This document shows, piece by piece, positions 13,062-64,000 of a stretch of DNA of 64,000 bases. Within the stretch, counting starts at the first letter, position 1, and each line of letters begins with the position of its first letter. This stretch comes from Macrostomum lignano. Taxonomy: Eukaryota. Below the pieces are notes generated by a model. It searched no databases. It saw only the letters and a list, made by a program, of their open reading frames with translations, and had not been told where the DNA came from. Made by a program: the position numbers and the translations under genes. The stretch covers positions 21,929-85,928 of the forward strand of contig NIVC01001397.1 in the NCBI GenBank assembly GCA_002269645.1, in the 5' to 3' direction.

Positions 13062-14250
13062 TTGCCTTGGTGTCTTAAGGGCACCGATACTGTGTCTTAA
13101 AGGGGCACCGGTATTGTGTCTTAAGGGCACCGATATTGTGTCTTAAAGGGGCGCCGGTATTGTGTCTTAAGGGCACCGATATTGTGTCTTAAGGGCACCG
13201 ATATTGTGTCTTAAGGACAGCGATATTGTGTCTCTAGACACCGATACTGTGTCTTAAAGGGGCACCGATATTGTGTCTTAAAGGCACCGATACTGTGTCT
13301 TAAAGGGGCACCGGTATTGTGTCTTAAGGGCACCGATACTGTGTCTTAAGGGCACCGATACTGTGTCTTAAAAGGGCACCGATATTGTGTCTTAAGGGCA
13401 GCGATATTGTGTCTTAAGGGCAGCGATATTTTGTCCTAAGGGCACCGATATTGTGTCTTAAGGGCGCGATATTTTGTCTTAAGGACAGCGATATTGTGTC
13501 TTAAGGGCACCGATATTGTGTCTTAAGGGCGCCGGTATTGTGTCTTAAGGGCGCCGATATTGTGTCTTAAGGGCAGCGATATTGTGTCTTAAAGGGGCGC
13601 CGATATTGTGTCTTAAGGGCACCGATATTGTGTCCTAAGGGCACCGATATTGTGTCTTAAGGGCGCGATATTTTGTCTTAAGGACAGCGATATTGTGTCT
13701 TAAGGGCACCGATATTGTGTCTTAAGGGCGCCGGTATTGTGTCTTAAGGGCGCCGATATTGTGTCTTAAGGGCAGCGATATTGTGTCTTAAAGGGGCGCC
13801 GATATTGTGTCTTAAGGGCGCCGATATTGTGTCTTAAGGGCAGCGATATTGTGTCTTAAAGGGGCGCCGATATTGTGTCTTAAGGGCACCGATATTGTGT
13901 CCTAAGGGCACCGATATTGTGTCTTAAAGGGGCGCCGATATTGTGTCTTAAGGGCACCGATATTGTGTCTTAAGGGCACCGATATTGTGTCTTAAAGGGG
14001 CGCCGATATTGTGTCTTAAAGGGGCGCCGATATTGTGTCTCAGGGGCATTGATATTGTGTGCCAAGAGCACCGACATTGTGTCTTAGGGGGCGCCAGTAA
14101 TTGTGTCTCAGGGGCGCCAGTAATTGTGTCTCAGGGGGCGCCAGTATTGTGTCTCAGGGGCGCCAGTATTGTGTCTCAGGGGGCGCCAGTATTGTGTCTC
14201 AGGGGCGCCAGTATTGTGTCTCAGGGGCGCCAGTATTGTGTCTCAGGGGC
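13062..14250. repeat. Minisatellite, ~22-nt GGGCACCGATATTGTGTCTTAA drifting to GGGGCGCCAGTATTGTGTCTCA
   Basis: Direct reading; an internal ~199-nt duplicated block at 13461/13660. Confidence 0.95.
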
Positions 14251-15042
14251 GCCAGTTGCAGTAGCCAATTTGGCAGCTTACTGGTTGAACTCACCAGATG
14301 ATCAGAGCATTTGGGATCATGTCTGCAGGCTGCCCGCGGCCAGTCAAACAGCTGATAAGTGGTCTCAAATGTGTTGAAAGCTTATTTAAAAAGCACACGC
14401 AGATTGCAGCTTCACGCATTCCGCCAGCCCCGATCCCGTTGGGCTGGGGCAACGCAGCCAATCACAGGCGGTGCTGACAGAAAAAAAACAAAACTGACAT
14501 CCCGGTGTCTCTGCTTTGGCAAAAATGTGAATGCGAATGAAAACGTTGGAATAAAGCAGTAGTCGCTGCAGCACATGTTTGCTTTGTCTGGAGACAATGG
14601 CCAGTCCGTGAGAAGCTAATGGGGATGCCTCTGCTTATCGAGATCCCACTGAGATACCACCACTCTCCTAGAGAAGCTGCATGATGCAGAGAAATAAGTT
14701 CGTGAAATCCTTGGGTGCAGGGACGGGGCACTTGTCCAAAACATGTACAGTCTGCAGTCATTTTTTTCAAAACTTATAAATCTGCAATTCAAATTGTCGG
14801 GAATATAGGTGCAAAACCCACCTAAAATACTGTAAGTAGGCTGGATCGGATATAACTTCAATTTATAAGTATCGCCGACGGAAAAAATTAACTTTACTAA
14901 ATTAACAAGCGACGGTAATGAATGAACTACCGACTGCATTATAGTTTCTGCTGTCTACTGCAAGTAGGCTAATAGGAAGCTGTTTTGGAATTTTTTCTTT
15001 TCTTGATGATAAGTTGATAATAAATTTGTAAATTTTGAATTG

Positions 15043-15110
15043 TAAACCCTAACTCTAACCCTAACCCTAACCCTAACCCTAACCCTAACCCTAACCCTAA
15101 CCCTAACCCT
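15043..15110. repeat. Interstitial telomeric repeat (CCCTAA)n, ~10-11 units
   Basis: TAAACCCTAACTCTAACCCTAACCCTAA... is the metazoan TTAGGG repeat on the minus strand. Confidence 0.95.
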
Positions 15111-16090
15111 ACCTAAATCTTCGGCTGTAAAATAGCGCTGGTAAAAAGGCAAACAAGCAATTGCACCAGTAGCAGATTAAAGTAATACGAAAAGTACAAC
15201 GCGTTATTTTTAACTGATCATTCTGACTCCTAAATGCTCGATAAATTCAAACTTTTAAATCGCATCTTTTTTATTTATTACGAGCCAAGATGCTTTGGCA
15301 GCCAACCGCGGGCCAACTTGCCGCTGCGGCAGGAGAGAGAGAGCTGTGGAGAGAGAGGAGAGAGCGGAGACCATTAGAGAAAGCAAACTCTGCCGCAGAA
15401 ATTATAATAAGAAGCCAAATTCTAGCGGCCGGCAGAAGAACGCTTGGAAGAAGACCAAAGTGGAGTCCGCAGATCGAGCCCAGCCCAGGTCAGTCGCACA
15501 AGTGCTGCTCTCGCATCCCATCATTTTTTCCTGTTGCACTTTCTTCCCATCCAGAATCATCGAGTCTTCATCATGAAATCTTGCCTCTGCTTTCTTCCCG
15601 GCAACATCATTATCGCTACCCCCGTGTGAGCAGCAGCGACCTTATATTTATAGTCCCGTCCATCATCCCGCATCGTTCCCAGCCTCCCTCAGTCCACAAT
15701 GGGCCTGAAAGAATATCGCCATTGCTGGAATGTTGCTGCAGTCTCTCTCGGTGAGAGAAGCTGCAAATTCCAATGCGGTAAATTCCAAGGCGGCTTGCAG
15801 TGTGCAGCGCAATTACTCACCAAACAGTCTGTGGGTGGGTGAGCAGCGACTTCCTGGCCAGAAGCTGGGGCACATTTTGGGTGGAGGTGGAATGGAATTA
15901 TTCAACCATTAGCACGAACTGCTGATTAATAACTGCTTGGAAGATGATTAAGTATGCAGAAGACTCCGTGCAGAGAATCTTTGGTCGGAGTGCGCCGTGA
16001 CGATCCAGTCCAAGGATTAAAGGAGTGAGAGAGAAGGCCTGGTCTGACTTAAACCCACCTTTGCTGTAGTGGCTCTGTGGCAATCTGCCT

Positions 16091-17191
16091 GTCTCACTCT
16101 GTGACACTCCAGCCTCACTCTGTGACACTCCAGCCTCACTCTGTGACACTCCAGCCTCACTCTGTGACACTCCAGCCTCACTCTGTGACACTCCAGCCTC
16201 ACTCTGTGACACTCCAGCCTCACTCTGTGACACTCCAGCCTCACTCTGTGACACTCCAGCCTCACTCTGTGACACTCCAGCCTCACTCTGTGACACTCCA
16301 GCCTCACTCTGTGACACTCCAGCCTCACTCTGTGATAACTCCAGCCTCACTATGTGACACTCCAGCCTCACTCTGTGACACTCCAGCCTCACTCTGTGAC
16401 ACTCCAGCCTCACTCTGTGACACTCCAGCCTCACTCTGTGACACTCCAGCCTCACTCTGTGACACTCCAGCCTCACTCTGTGACACTCCAGCCTCACTCT
16501 GTGACACTCCAGCCTCACTCTGTGACACTCCAGCCTCACTATGTGACACTCCAGCCTCACTCTGTGACACTCCAGCCTCACTCTGTGACACTCCAGCCTC
16601 ACTCTGTGACACTCCAGCCTCACTCTGTGATAACTCCAGCCTCACTACGTGACACTCCAGCCTCACTCTGTGATAACTCCAGCCTCACTATGTGACACTC
16701 CAGCCTCACTCTGTGACACTCCAGCCTCACTCTGTGATAACTCCAGCCTCACTATGTGACACTCCAGCCTCACTCTGTGACACTCCAGCCTCACTCTGTG
16801 ACACTCCAGCCTCACTCTGTGACACTCCAGCCTCACTCTGTGACACTCCAGCCTCACTCTGTGACACTCCAGCCTCACTCTGTGACACTCCAGCCTCACT
16901 CTGTGACACTCCAGCCTCACTCTGTGACACTCCAGCCTCACTCTGTGACACTCCAGCCTCACTCTGTGACACTCCAGCCTCACTATGTGACACACTAGCC
17001 TCACTCTGTGACACTCCAGCCTCACTCTGTGACACTCCAGCCTCACTCTGTGACACTCCAGCCTCACTATGTGACACTCCAGCCTCACTATGTGACACTC
17101 CAGCCTCACTCTGTGACACTCCAGCCTCACTATGTGACACTCCAGCCTCACTATGTGACACTCCAGCCTCACTCTGTGACACTCTAGCCTC
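16091..17191. repeat. Minisatellite, 21-nt CTCACTCTGTGACACTCCAGC, ~52 copies
   Basis: Direct reading; occasional GTGATAACT insertion variants. Confidence 0.97.
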
Positions 17192-17811
17192 ACTCGCTTT
17201 CCTTCTGTTTATTTCCCAAAACCGTCACTCCGGTCTTTCATTCCCCAGCAGACCCAGCACTACCAGGACTGAGTGGCTGCATTGGGATGCAAGACGCATT
17301 TCTCTCTATCAAGACAGCTTTCCATTCACGCTGCGATTCCCCAATGTGAACTCCCACTGAGTTATAAATACCCCACCGACTGGGAGAGTGAGTGAGAATC
17401 TGTCTCGGCTAAGCTAATAAATCACTAATCCGGCTAAGATCCAATGAATGCGGAAAGATGATTTTTATCGCTTCATATAAGTCGCCTTGCACATGGTGAA
17501 CTTTGTTGCCAGCTTTACTGAAACTCCTGAGCAAAGAGATATTACTTTACTAAGAATTATTTGAATACAACAATTTGGTACTGTTACTAAATACTGTGCC
17601 GTGTAAACTGGTCACAGGGACGAGACACATGTGGCTGCTCTGACCAACAGGTCTCGCGGCTTGAGCCTGAGACTAGGAAAGTTGCGTTGGCCTCAGTTAC
17701 TGTGGCCCAGATAAGACCCGCAAATGGCATAGGAGATAAAAACTACGCGACTGGAACTGCTGAGCTGGCCCCGGGCCGCTGCACCGAGAGAGCTCACTGC
17801 TCAACACAGGC

Positions 17812-31227
<13,416 letters not shown>

Positions 31228-31351
31228 TGCATTCTACAACACTGACCTAGTTTCCATAGCAACAAGAAAATTACCTTGGATACTGTACTTACAGTGTACT
31301 TGTGTTTTGACATGGAAATTATTATATTGGCATAGAAACGACAGATTTCCC

Positions 31352-31612
31352 TTGTGAACGACCTTGACTCACTTGTAACTATAGTTGCATAGCAACGTCA
31401 GACTTTGTCTTGGATACGACCTTGACCTAGCTACAGTTGCATAGCAACGCCACACTCAATCCCCTTGGATACGACCTTGGCCTAGCTATAGTTGCATAGC
31501 AACGCCACACTCACTCCCCTTGGATACGACCTTGGCCTACCTATAGTTGCATAGCAACGCCACACTCCTCTTGGATACGACCTTGACCTAGCTATAGTTG
31601 CATAGCAACGTC
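31352..31612. repeat. ~55-nt tandem repeat with a GTTGC-ATA-GCAAC hairpin, downstream of the ANK-CARD stop (probable 3' UTR)
   Basis: CTTGGATACGACCTTGGCCTAGCTATAGTTGCATAGCAACGCCACACTC, about 5 copies. Confidence 0.88.
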
Positions 31613-32635
31613 AGACTTCGGCTTGGCTACCAACTTGGCCTATAGAAAAACTGTTTAACAATGCAACGACCATTCTACGATATGCAATATGCAAAATCGT
31701 ACGTTGATAAACGACTGAATTATTTAGTAGCAAATCAATGTTTTGTGCTGCACATTTGCAATTGTCTCCACAGCCCTGCAGATTCCAATTCGAAATCAAA
31801 TCCAATTCCAAAATTAAATTTGCTTTGACCAGAAACACATCTAAATTAGCTAAACAGTTCGCTTCACTTGGCTCCACCAATTCTGGGGACTCGAATAATC
31901 CCAAGCAGAAACCGCAAATCCGGACAGCTTCATCAGGCTCGGAGACTGCCTGTCTGAATCCTTCATCACTTGAGAAGGCGAGAGGCGCTACTAAAAAAGG
32001 CTCACTATAAAGTAGCGGCCGCCCAGCACACGGAGAGATTATCGATTTATTCCAATTGCAGCTCCCATGGAATAAAAGAGCCGCAGAGAGCCAGCAGTAG
32101 GATGGGAGTGAAGGACAGCCATGAAGGCGAGTTTCAAGCGTCTAAAAAAAGTCCTGAAGGATCTCCTCTGCAGCCGCAACCGGGTCAGCTCATGCATAAT
32201 TCACCTTGGCCCAAGGTCCGGCTGATCGCATCGCACTCTCATTTTGTATATTGCATATCGGACTGCAGCCGCTCAGCATAATGAATACCTGCAACCTGCA
32301 CTTGCTGGGACAGGCATGGGGCGCGCGCTTAATTATAAGGCCGAGACGGGGCTGCCTTCCCAGGCTGCAATCACGAGCTGCAGCCGCCCGAATCGCCTCG
32401 TCTAAACTGCAGCCTTTCATTGCTACCCTCGCTGCCTCACCTTGAAACTTATTTTATTCTGAGTCACATTCTTAATCCAAGCTGACCTTCATTCATTCTT
32501 ATAGTTACTCTCCGCCTTTCTCACTTAATCCTTCTCTGACTTCCTTTCTGTTTAATAACTGCTTCTTCCCCTTTATTTCCTAACAGTTCCGCATTATTTT
32601 ACATTCACTTCAGCTTCACTTCCCTCTTCTTTCAT

Positions 32636-33330
32636 TTCACGTCCCTCTACTTCCATTTCACTTCCATCTACTTCCATCTACTTCCATTTCACTTCCATCT
32701 ACTTCCATTTCACGTCCTTTTCTTCCACTTCACTTCCATCTACTTCCGCTTCACGTCCCTCTACTTCCACTTCACTTCCATCTACTTCCACTTCACTTCC
32801 ATCTACTTCCATTTCACGTCCTTTTCTTCCACTTCAATTCCATCTACTTCCATTTCACGTCCTTCTTCTTCCATTTCACTTCCATCTACTTCCATTTCAC
32901 GTCCTTTTCTTCCACTTCACTTCCATCTACTTCCATTTCACGTCCTTTTCTTCCATTTCACTTCCATCTACTTCCATTTCACTTCCATCTACTTCCATTT
33001 CACTTCCATCTACTTCCATTTCACGTCCTTTTCTTCCACTTCACTTCCATCTACTTCCGCTTCACGTCCCTCTACTTCCACTTCACTTCCATCTACTTCC
33101 ACTTCACTTCCATCTACTTCCATTTCACGTCCTTTTCTTCCACTTCAATTCCATCTACTTCCATTTCACGTCCTTCTTCTTCCACTTCACTTCCATCTAC
33201 TTCCATTTCACGTCCTTCTTCTTCCACTTCACTTCCATCTACTTCCGCTTTACGTCCATCTACTTCCATTTCACTTCCATCTACTTCGCTTCACTTCCAT
33301 CTACTTCCATTTCACGTCCCTCTACTTCCG
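32636..33330. repeat. Minisatellite of 10-11-nt units CTTCCATCTA/CTTCCATTTCA/CGTCC with a ~311-nt higher-order duplication
   Basis: Direct reading. Confidence 0.92.
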
Positions 33331-33599
33331 CTCTCTTCCCAGCTCGTATTAATGACCCTAGCACCTTTGGTTGAGCTGTGCCTAATCTAAATAAAAATCT
33401 AAACGATATTCAAATCTGATCGCGGCATTTTCGAAAGGACCTTCAAGTAAACTGAAAAAAAGGAATTTTTTACGAGTTTTAAGACAGCGGCGGGCCGAAT
33501 GCTTCTAGAAATGCTCAGTTAAAAAGCAAAGCAAAACGCTTCGTTTATTTTTTGCATGCAAAATTTTACACTGAAGCAAGTTTACACTGGCGAGGACCA

Positions 33600-34550
33600 G
33601 GGGAGCTGAAGGATCAGGAGATGGAAGGTTGGGGGAGCTGAAGGATCAGGAGATGGAAGGTTGGGGGAGCTGAAGGATCAGGAGATGGAAGGTTGGGGGA
33701 GCTGAAGGATCAGGAGATGGAAGGTTGGGGGAGCTGAAGGATCAGGAGATGCAAGGTTGGGGGAGCTGAAGGATCAGGAGATGGAAGGTTGGGGGAGCTG
33801 AAGGATCAGGAGATGGAAGGTTGGGGGAGCTGAAGGATCAGGAGATGGAAGGTTGGGGGAGCTGAAGGATCAGGAGATGGAAGGTTGGGGGAGCTGAAGG
33901 ATCAGGAGATGCAAGGTTGGGGGAGCTGAAGGATCAGGAGATGGAAGGTTGGGGGAGCTGAAGGATCAGGAGATGGAAGGTTGAGGGAGCTAAAGGATCA
34001 GGAGATGGAAGGTTGGGGGAGCTGAAGGATCAGGAGATGGAAGGTTGGGGGAGCTGAAGGATCAGGAGATGGAAGGTTGGGGGAGCTGAAGGATCAGGAG
34101 ATGGAAGGTTGGGGGAGCTGAAGGATCAGGAGATGGAAGGTTGGGGGAGCTGAAGGATCAGGAGATGGAAGGTTGGGGAGCTGAAGGATCAGGAGATGGA
34201 AGGTTGGGGGAGCTGAAGGATCAGGAGATGGAAGGCTGGGGAGCTGAAGGATTGGGGAGCTGAAGGATTGGGGGGGAGCTGAAGGATTGGGGAGCTGAAG
34301 GATTGGGGGGGAGCTGAAGGATTGGGGAGCTGAAGGATTGGGGAGCTGAAGGATTGGGGAGCTGAAGGATTGGGGAGCTGAAGAATCAGGGGGAGCTGAA
34401 GGATCAGGGGGAGCTGAAGGATCAGGGGGAGCTGAAGGATCAGGGGGAGCTGAAGGATCTGGGGGAGCTGAAGGATCTGGGGGAGCTGAAGGATCTGGGG
34501 GAGCTGAAGGATCAGGGGGAGCTGAAGGATCAGGGGGAGCTGAGGGAACA
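33600..34550. repeat. Minisatellite, 32-nt GGGGGAGCTGAAGGATCAGGAGATGGAAGGTT changing to a 16-17-nt GGGGAGCTGAAGGATT form, abutting the AATF stop
   Basis: Direct reading. Confidence 0.96.
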
Positions 34551-34570
34551 AGGGGAGCAACAGTTCGAGT

Positions 34571-35964
34571 CTACTTGGGCCCGCCAAACAGCGAGGCGTA
34601 CAGTTCGCGCCGCTGGCCTTCAGTGAGCTGTCCGGGCGGCTCGGAGGCGGTGGCGAAGCCGACCAGTCGGGGCATCTCCAGGTAGCGCAGTCTGCGCGCT
34701 TTACTCGCCCGAGTGTCGACATTCGCCCGCTTGCGCAGCCGGCGGCGGAGCTGCTGCAGGCGGGCGAACTCCTGGCCGAGAGCGGCCGGGTCGGTAAGGC
34801 CGGCAGTGCGGCTGTGCACGAAGTCCAGCAGAGTCAGCTTGTACAGGTCGCTGTCGTCGTAGATCCGCGAATCGGACTCAGGCGGATCGGACAGCTTGGC
34901 TTCGGGCTGGTCGCCGACAACATCCGGGTCGCTGGTGTCCATGGGCTCGCTGGCGGGCTGCTGCAGGTCGCTGCCTGGCAGCCGCAGAGGCCGCAGGTGG
35001 CACCGGTTGAGGCGGGACCGGGCGATGAGGCGCTCGCGGTCAGCCAGAAGGGCCTGTCAGGTGAGGAGGGAGCAGAGAGATACATAGCAATCAATACTAA
35101 CCACGGCCAACTCTGCTTAACTTGCAGAGCTGGCGGCTAATACGCTAGCCTATTCTAAAATATGTACACATAGGAAAGGAAGTGAGCCATCAAAAATTTC
35201 ATAGAAACAAAGTACACCGTCTTATTTAATTATAGTGGTTATCGAGTTCTACCAAGAGCATTGGGTGCTGTTTTTAAGCCATAGCAGATGCCGCTCACCT
35301 GAAGTCGCTGCACAGGATGCTGAGCCAGCTTATTGATGCCGCCGCCGCCTACGCTGGCCAAGGACGCCCGCTCGTGCCAGTCGGCCAGCACCGGCTCGTG
35401 CCAGGCCAACAGGGCTCGCTGCCGCTCCTCCAGTTGAGCCTCCAGGCTGGATGGCCAAGCGGCCTCTTCGGCGGCTGTGGAGTCCAGCGGAGCGCCGAGA
35501 ACGCGTTGCGCATACAGACAGGCGAGCGAGCGCGCGTCAGAAAGAGCTTGCGTTGAATTAGTGATGAATGGCTAATTCAGCTACTAACAGTAGGCCTGTA
35601 GAAATCGGATGTTGAAAAGTGTTTTTTATAATATGAAAACTTACCATTACTAGCATGGTCCTTCAGCTCTGGAGACTCGATAGCATCAACATGTCCAACT
35701 GGGAGCACATTGACAATGTCCAGTACAGACTGCAGCTTCACTCGAATGTGCAGCAGCTCATGCCAATGGGCTGTATAAGGAAATATAAAGACCACAAATT
35801 ACAAAAAAATTAGATTCAATTTATTATACATACTAGGCATAATCCAACTGACCAATAAGATTTTTTTGTATGAAGTCCTTTCAACACTGTAGATGCAGAT
35901 GAACTGACAACCAATGGCTCTTTTGTCTTCATGGCTTCTTGTAACTGTTTTTAGGCTTGATCAT
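34571..35964 (-). CDS. AATF: AATF/Bfr2 (Che-1/Traube) homologue, SSU processome factor
   Basis: Exons 35966-35853, 35770-35645, 35546-35299 and 35053-34571 give VLKGLHTK/NLIAHWHELLHIRVKLQ (N-domain), LADWHERASLAS, LLADRERLIARSRL, IYDDSDLYKLTL and VDTRASKARRLRY...ELYASLFG (TRAUB C-domain). These motifs recall human AATF. The first exon has a frame break. Confidence 0.9.
35095..35140 (-). mobile_element. 5S-rRNA-derived fragment (possible SINE3-type head), copy 1, in an AATF intron
   Basis: The minus strand reads GCCAGCTCTGCAAGTTAAGCAGAGTTGGCCGTGGTTAGTATTGATTG, resembling the 5S internal control region (AAGTTAAGCA...GGCC.GGTTAGTA). It matches 42785-42824 at 35/40. Confidence 0.55.
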
Positions 35965-35966
35965 AC

Positions 35967-37810
35967 CTGAAAGTTCAATAAAAAGATGAGCAATATTAGC
36001 TAATCTAAATATATATAAGAATTAGAATTACTATTAATAATTTAATTAAACTTTTAGCAAACAGTAATAACTCTATTATGCTTTAGACTATAAAAAGCAT
36101 GGTGTAATTTATAAATCAGTTATAACTATTAAAGGTGATTTAATACTAAAGTTATACAGAAAAAATCAAGTAGCCTATAGCTCTATGCTAAAGCAATGGT
36201 ATAACTAGATAATAGGAAATGGACCTTAAAATAAATAAGAAAGTGAAGGGACCCTTAAGAACCAAAAGGGGGTACTGAGATAAGCCTTATATTGGCATTC
36301 TTATGTCATACAATACCTATAGCCTAATTGATTACTTGCATCAATTTTGTTATATGATACCCAATACGGCAATAGATATAGGATAAAAATTGAAACAGAT
36401 ATAGCCAATTAAAAAAATCATACTTGTAGCTTACTAGAGTGCAATCCTTATATTCACTTTTGTTTACAATACCCTAAGTGGACAAAATTGTTAACAATGT
36501 ACTGTAAAATGAATATGAGGGGTGCCAACTTGGGGTTTCATGTGCTAGTGCATAGTTCAATTACTATTAAATTTCAAACCAATATCTTCACTGCTTTCTT
36601 CCAGGAACAACAACTGCAGTACCCTCTAACAACTTTGCCTGTTTATTCTGATGACCATCTCTGACATTAATTAGGACAGTGTCCAGATAGAAAATTGAAA
36701 GAGTTTTGCTCAACTTGTTGTCAAAATTTTTGTCTTTACTTTTGTAATATGATACCCTTAATGACCATCTCAAATTATAGGCATCGTGAAATGAAAGTGA
36801 ATATAAGGATCTTATTCTACAAACTTTTGTCTTCATTATTGTGACATAACCTCTAGTTTTTTATTTTTAGGACTTTTGTTTCTTTTTATTTCTTACTATT
36901 TTTAGTAATTACTAGAGCGTTATGGACATTCAAGCAAGCATACAAACCTTAGAGATTTAGTATATTTAGATTTATTAATTATACTACTACTACACGCGGC
37001 CTGCGACCGCGCATCATCATTCGGAATTTTTAATAAATAAAAAAATCTGTTTAATACCTTTTTTAAATTTAATTAAAAAGTTAAACAAAATTTGCGCAAA
37101 GCATTTGTCAATTTAGGTTTAACACAAAGTAGAAAATAAAATATTTGTTTCTAAGAGTTCTTTGCACTATAGGTATGTGTAAAAGCAGATTTAAAAAAAG
37201 TAATATTGCGCAACGTTACAAGATTTAGTTTTCTAGTGAGAAATATATATATTTTATATATTTTATCAAATGTCGGAAGTTTCAATTTATTTTTGTGTAG
37301 AATTAAGTTAGGCCTAGTGAAGCTTATATACTGTTTCTTTGCTTTATAGTGTTTTAATTCGCATTTTTGAAGTCTATAATTTTTTTATAAAACATACTAG
37401 GTAAGCAATTATTAAATGTGTTTTGAGTTTAATCTATTCATTTTTATTTACCTTTTTTTTAACTTACATTTACCTTTTTCTTCGCTCCTACGTCTAATGC
37501 TGGCGTGGATATAAATGCATCATTTTTATCATAGAAAATAGGCTTAGCACTCTTTTCATAACATGCATATCACATGCTGCTATATTTGCATAGTTTACCT
37601 TCTATTTTTGTCTCAGCAAGGCATAGTTCTTTGTCAAGCACAGTTTTTAGAAATCGAACACAATACGAATGATTATTTGCTTACTTTCTTCCAGAAAGTA
37701 GACACACTTTTATCTAATTTCTCCTCCTTCTCTACTTTTTTGCCTGTTTTTCTGAAAGCTTTAAGTTTAATTAATAATTGTAAACTTTCTTTTAACTTGC
37801 TCACTTTCAG
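35967..37810. promoter_or_regulatory. AT-rich divergent intergenic region (putative bidirectional promoter or outrons) between AATF and TEP1
   Basis: The genes are head-to-head. The interval is strongly AT-rich, free of arrays, and bounded at both ends by TTTCAG acceptors a few nt before an ATG. No TSS can be located from sequence alone. Confidence 0.5.
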
Positions 37811-37815
37811 CCAAT

Positions 37816-63955
<26,140 letters not shown>

Positions 63956-64000
63956 TGTGCACCCGTGGGGAGCCCATGCCCACCATCGTGAAGTGATCAT

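Noticed and set aside
35095-35140. Functional 5S rRNA gene
   Set aside because: Only ~45 nt resemble 5S; the 5' and 3' parts and the T-run terminator are missing.
35967-37810. Vault RNA or telomerase RNA gene near TEP1
   Set aside because: No convincing Pol III A/B box pair or template-like element was found by eye; an Infernal search would be needed.

Overview
Eukaryotic (metazoan) genomic DNA: spliceosomal GT-AG introns, GC-rich exons, an interstitial (TTAGGG)n tract, no operons and no CRISPR. The style resembles the free-living flatworm Macrostomum, but that is inference only. Four genes can be assembled by hand. (1) The 5' part of a Cys-loop GABA-A/Grd-like chloride channel subunit (minus strand, 1-10972, runs off the left edge). 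(2) A 7-exon, ~1226-aa ankyrin-repeat protein ending in a CARD-like death fold (17812-31227, +). (3) An AATF/Bfr2 homologue (minus, 34571-35964). (4) Head-to-head with it, a 24-exon TEP1 (TROVE-vWA-DUF4062-NACHT-WD40; 37816-63955, +). Mobile remnants are a hAT-type MITE, a Tc1 transposase fragment, a tRNA/CORE SINE and two 5S-rRNA-like fragments. The most striking structure is that roughly 30 kb (hand estimate) is tandem minisatellite, organised so that almost every long intron is a ~50-100-nt minimal intron inflated by its own private array. Unit lengths cluster at 20-22 and 31-33 nt, arrays drift in a polar way, some embed splice-site decoys, and three array pairs are reverse-complementary across exons. 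One such pair brackets an in-frame 1656-nt exon block of the ankyrin-CARD gene. Several single-base frame breaks in AATF and TEP1 are probably consensus errors. Coordinates were read by eye: exon ends were checked for phase, and array ends are approximate (about +/-20 nt). Most long ORFs in the supplied track are repeat artefacts.
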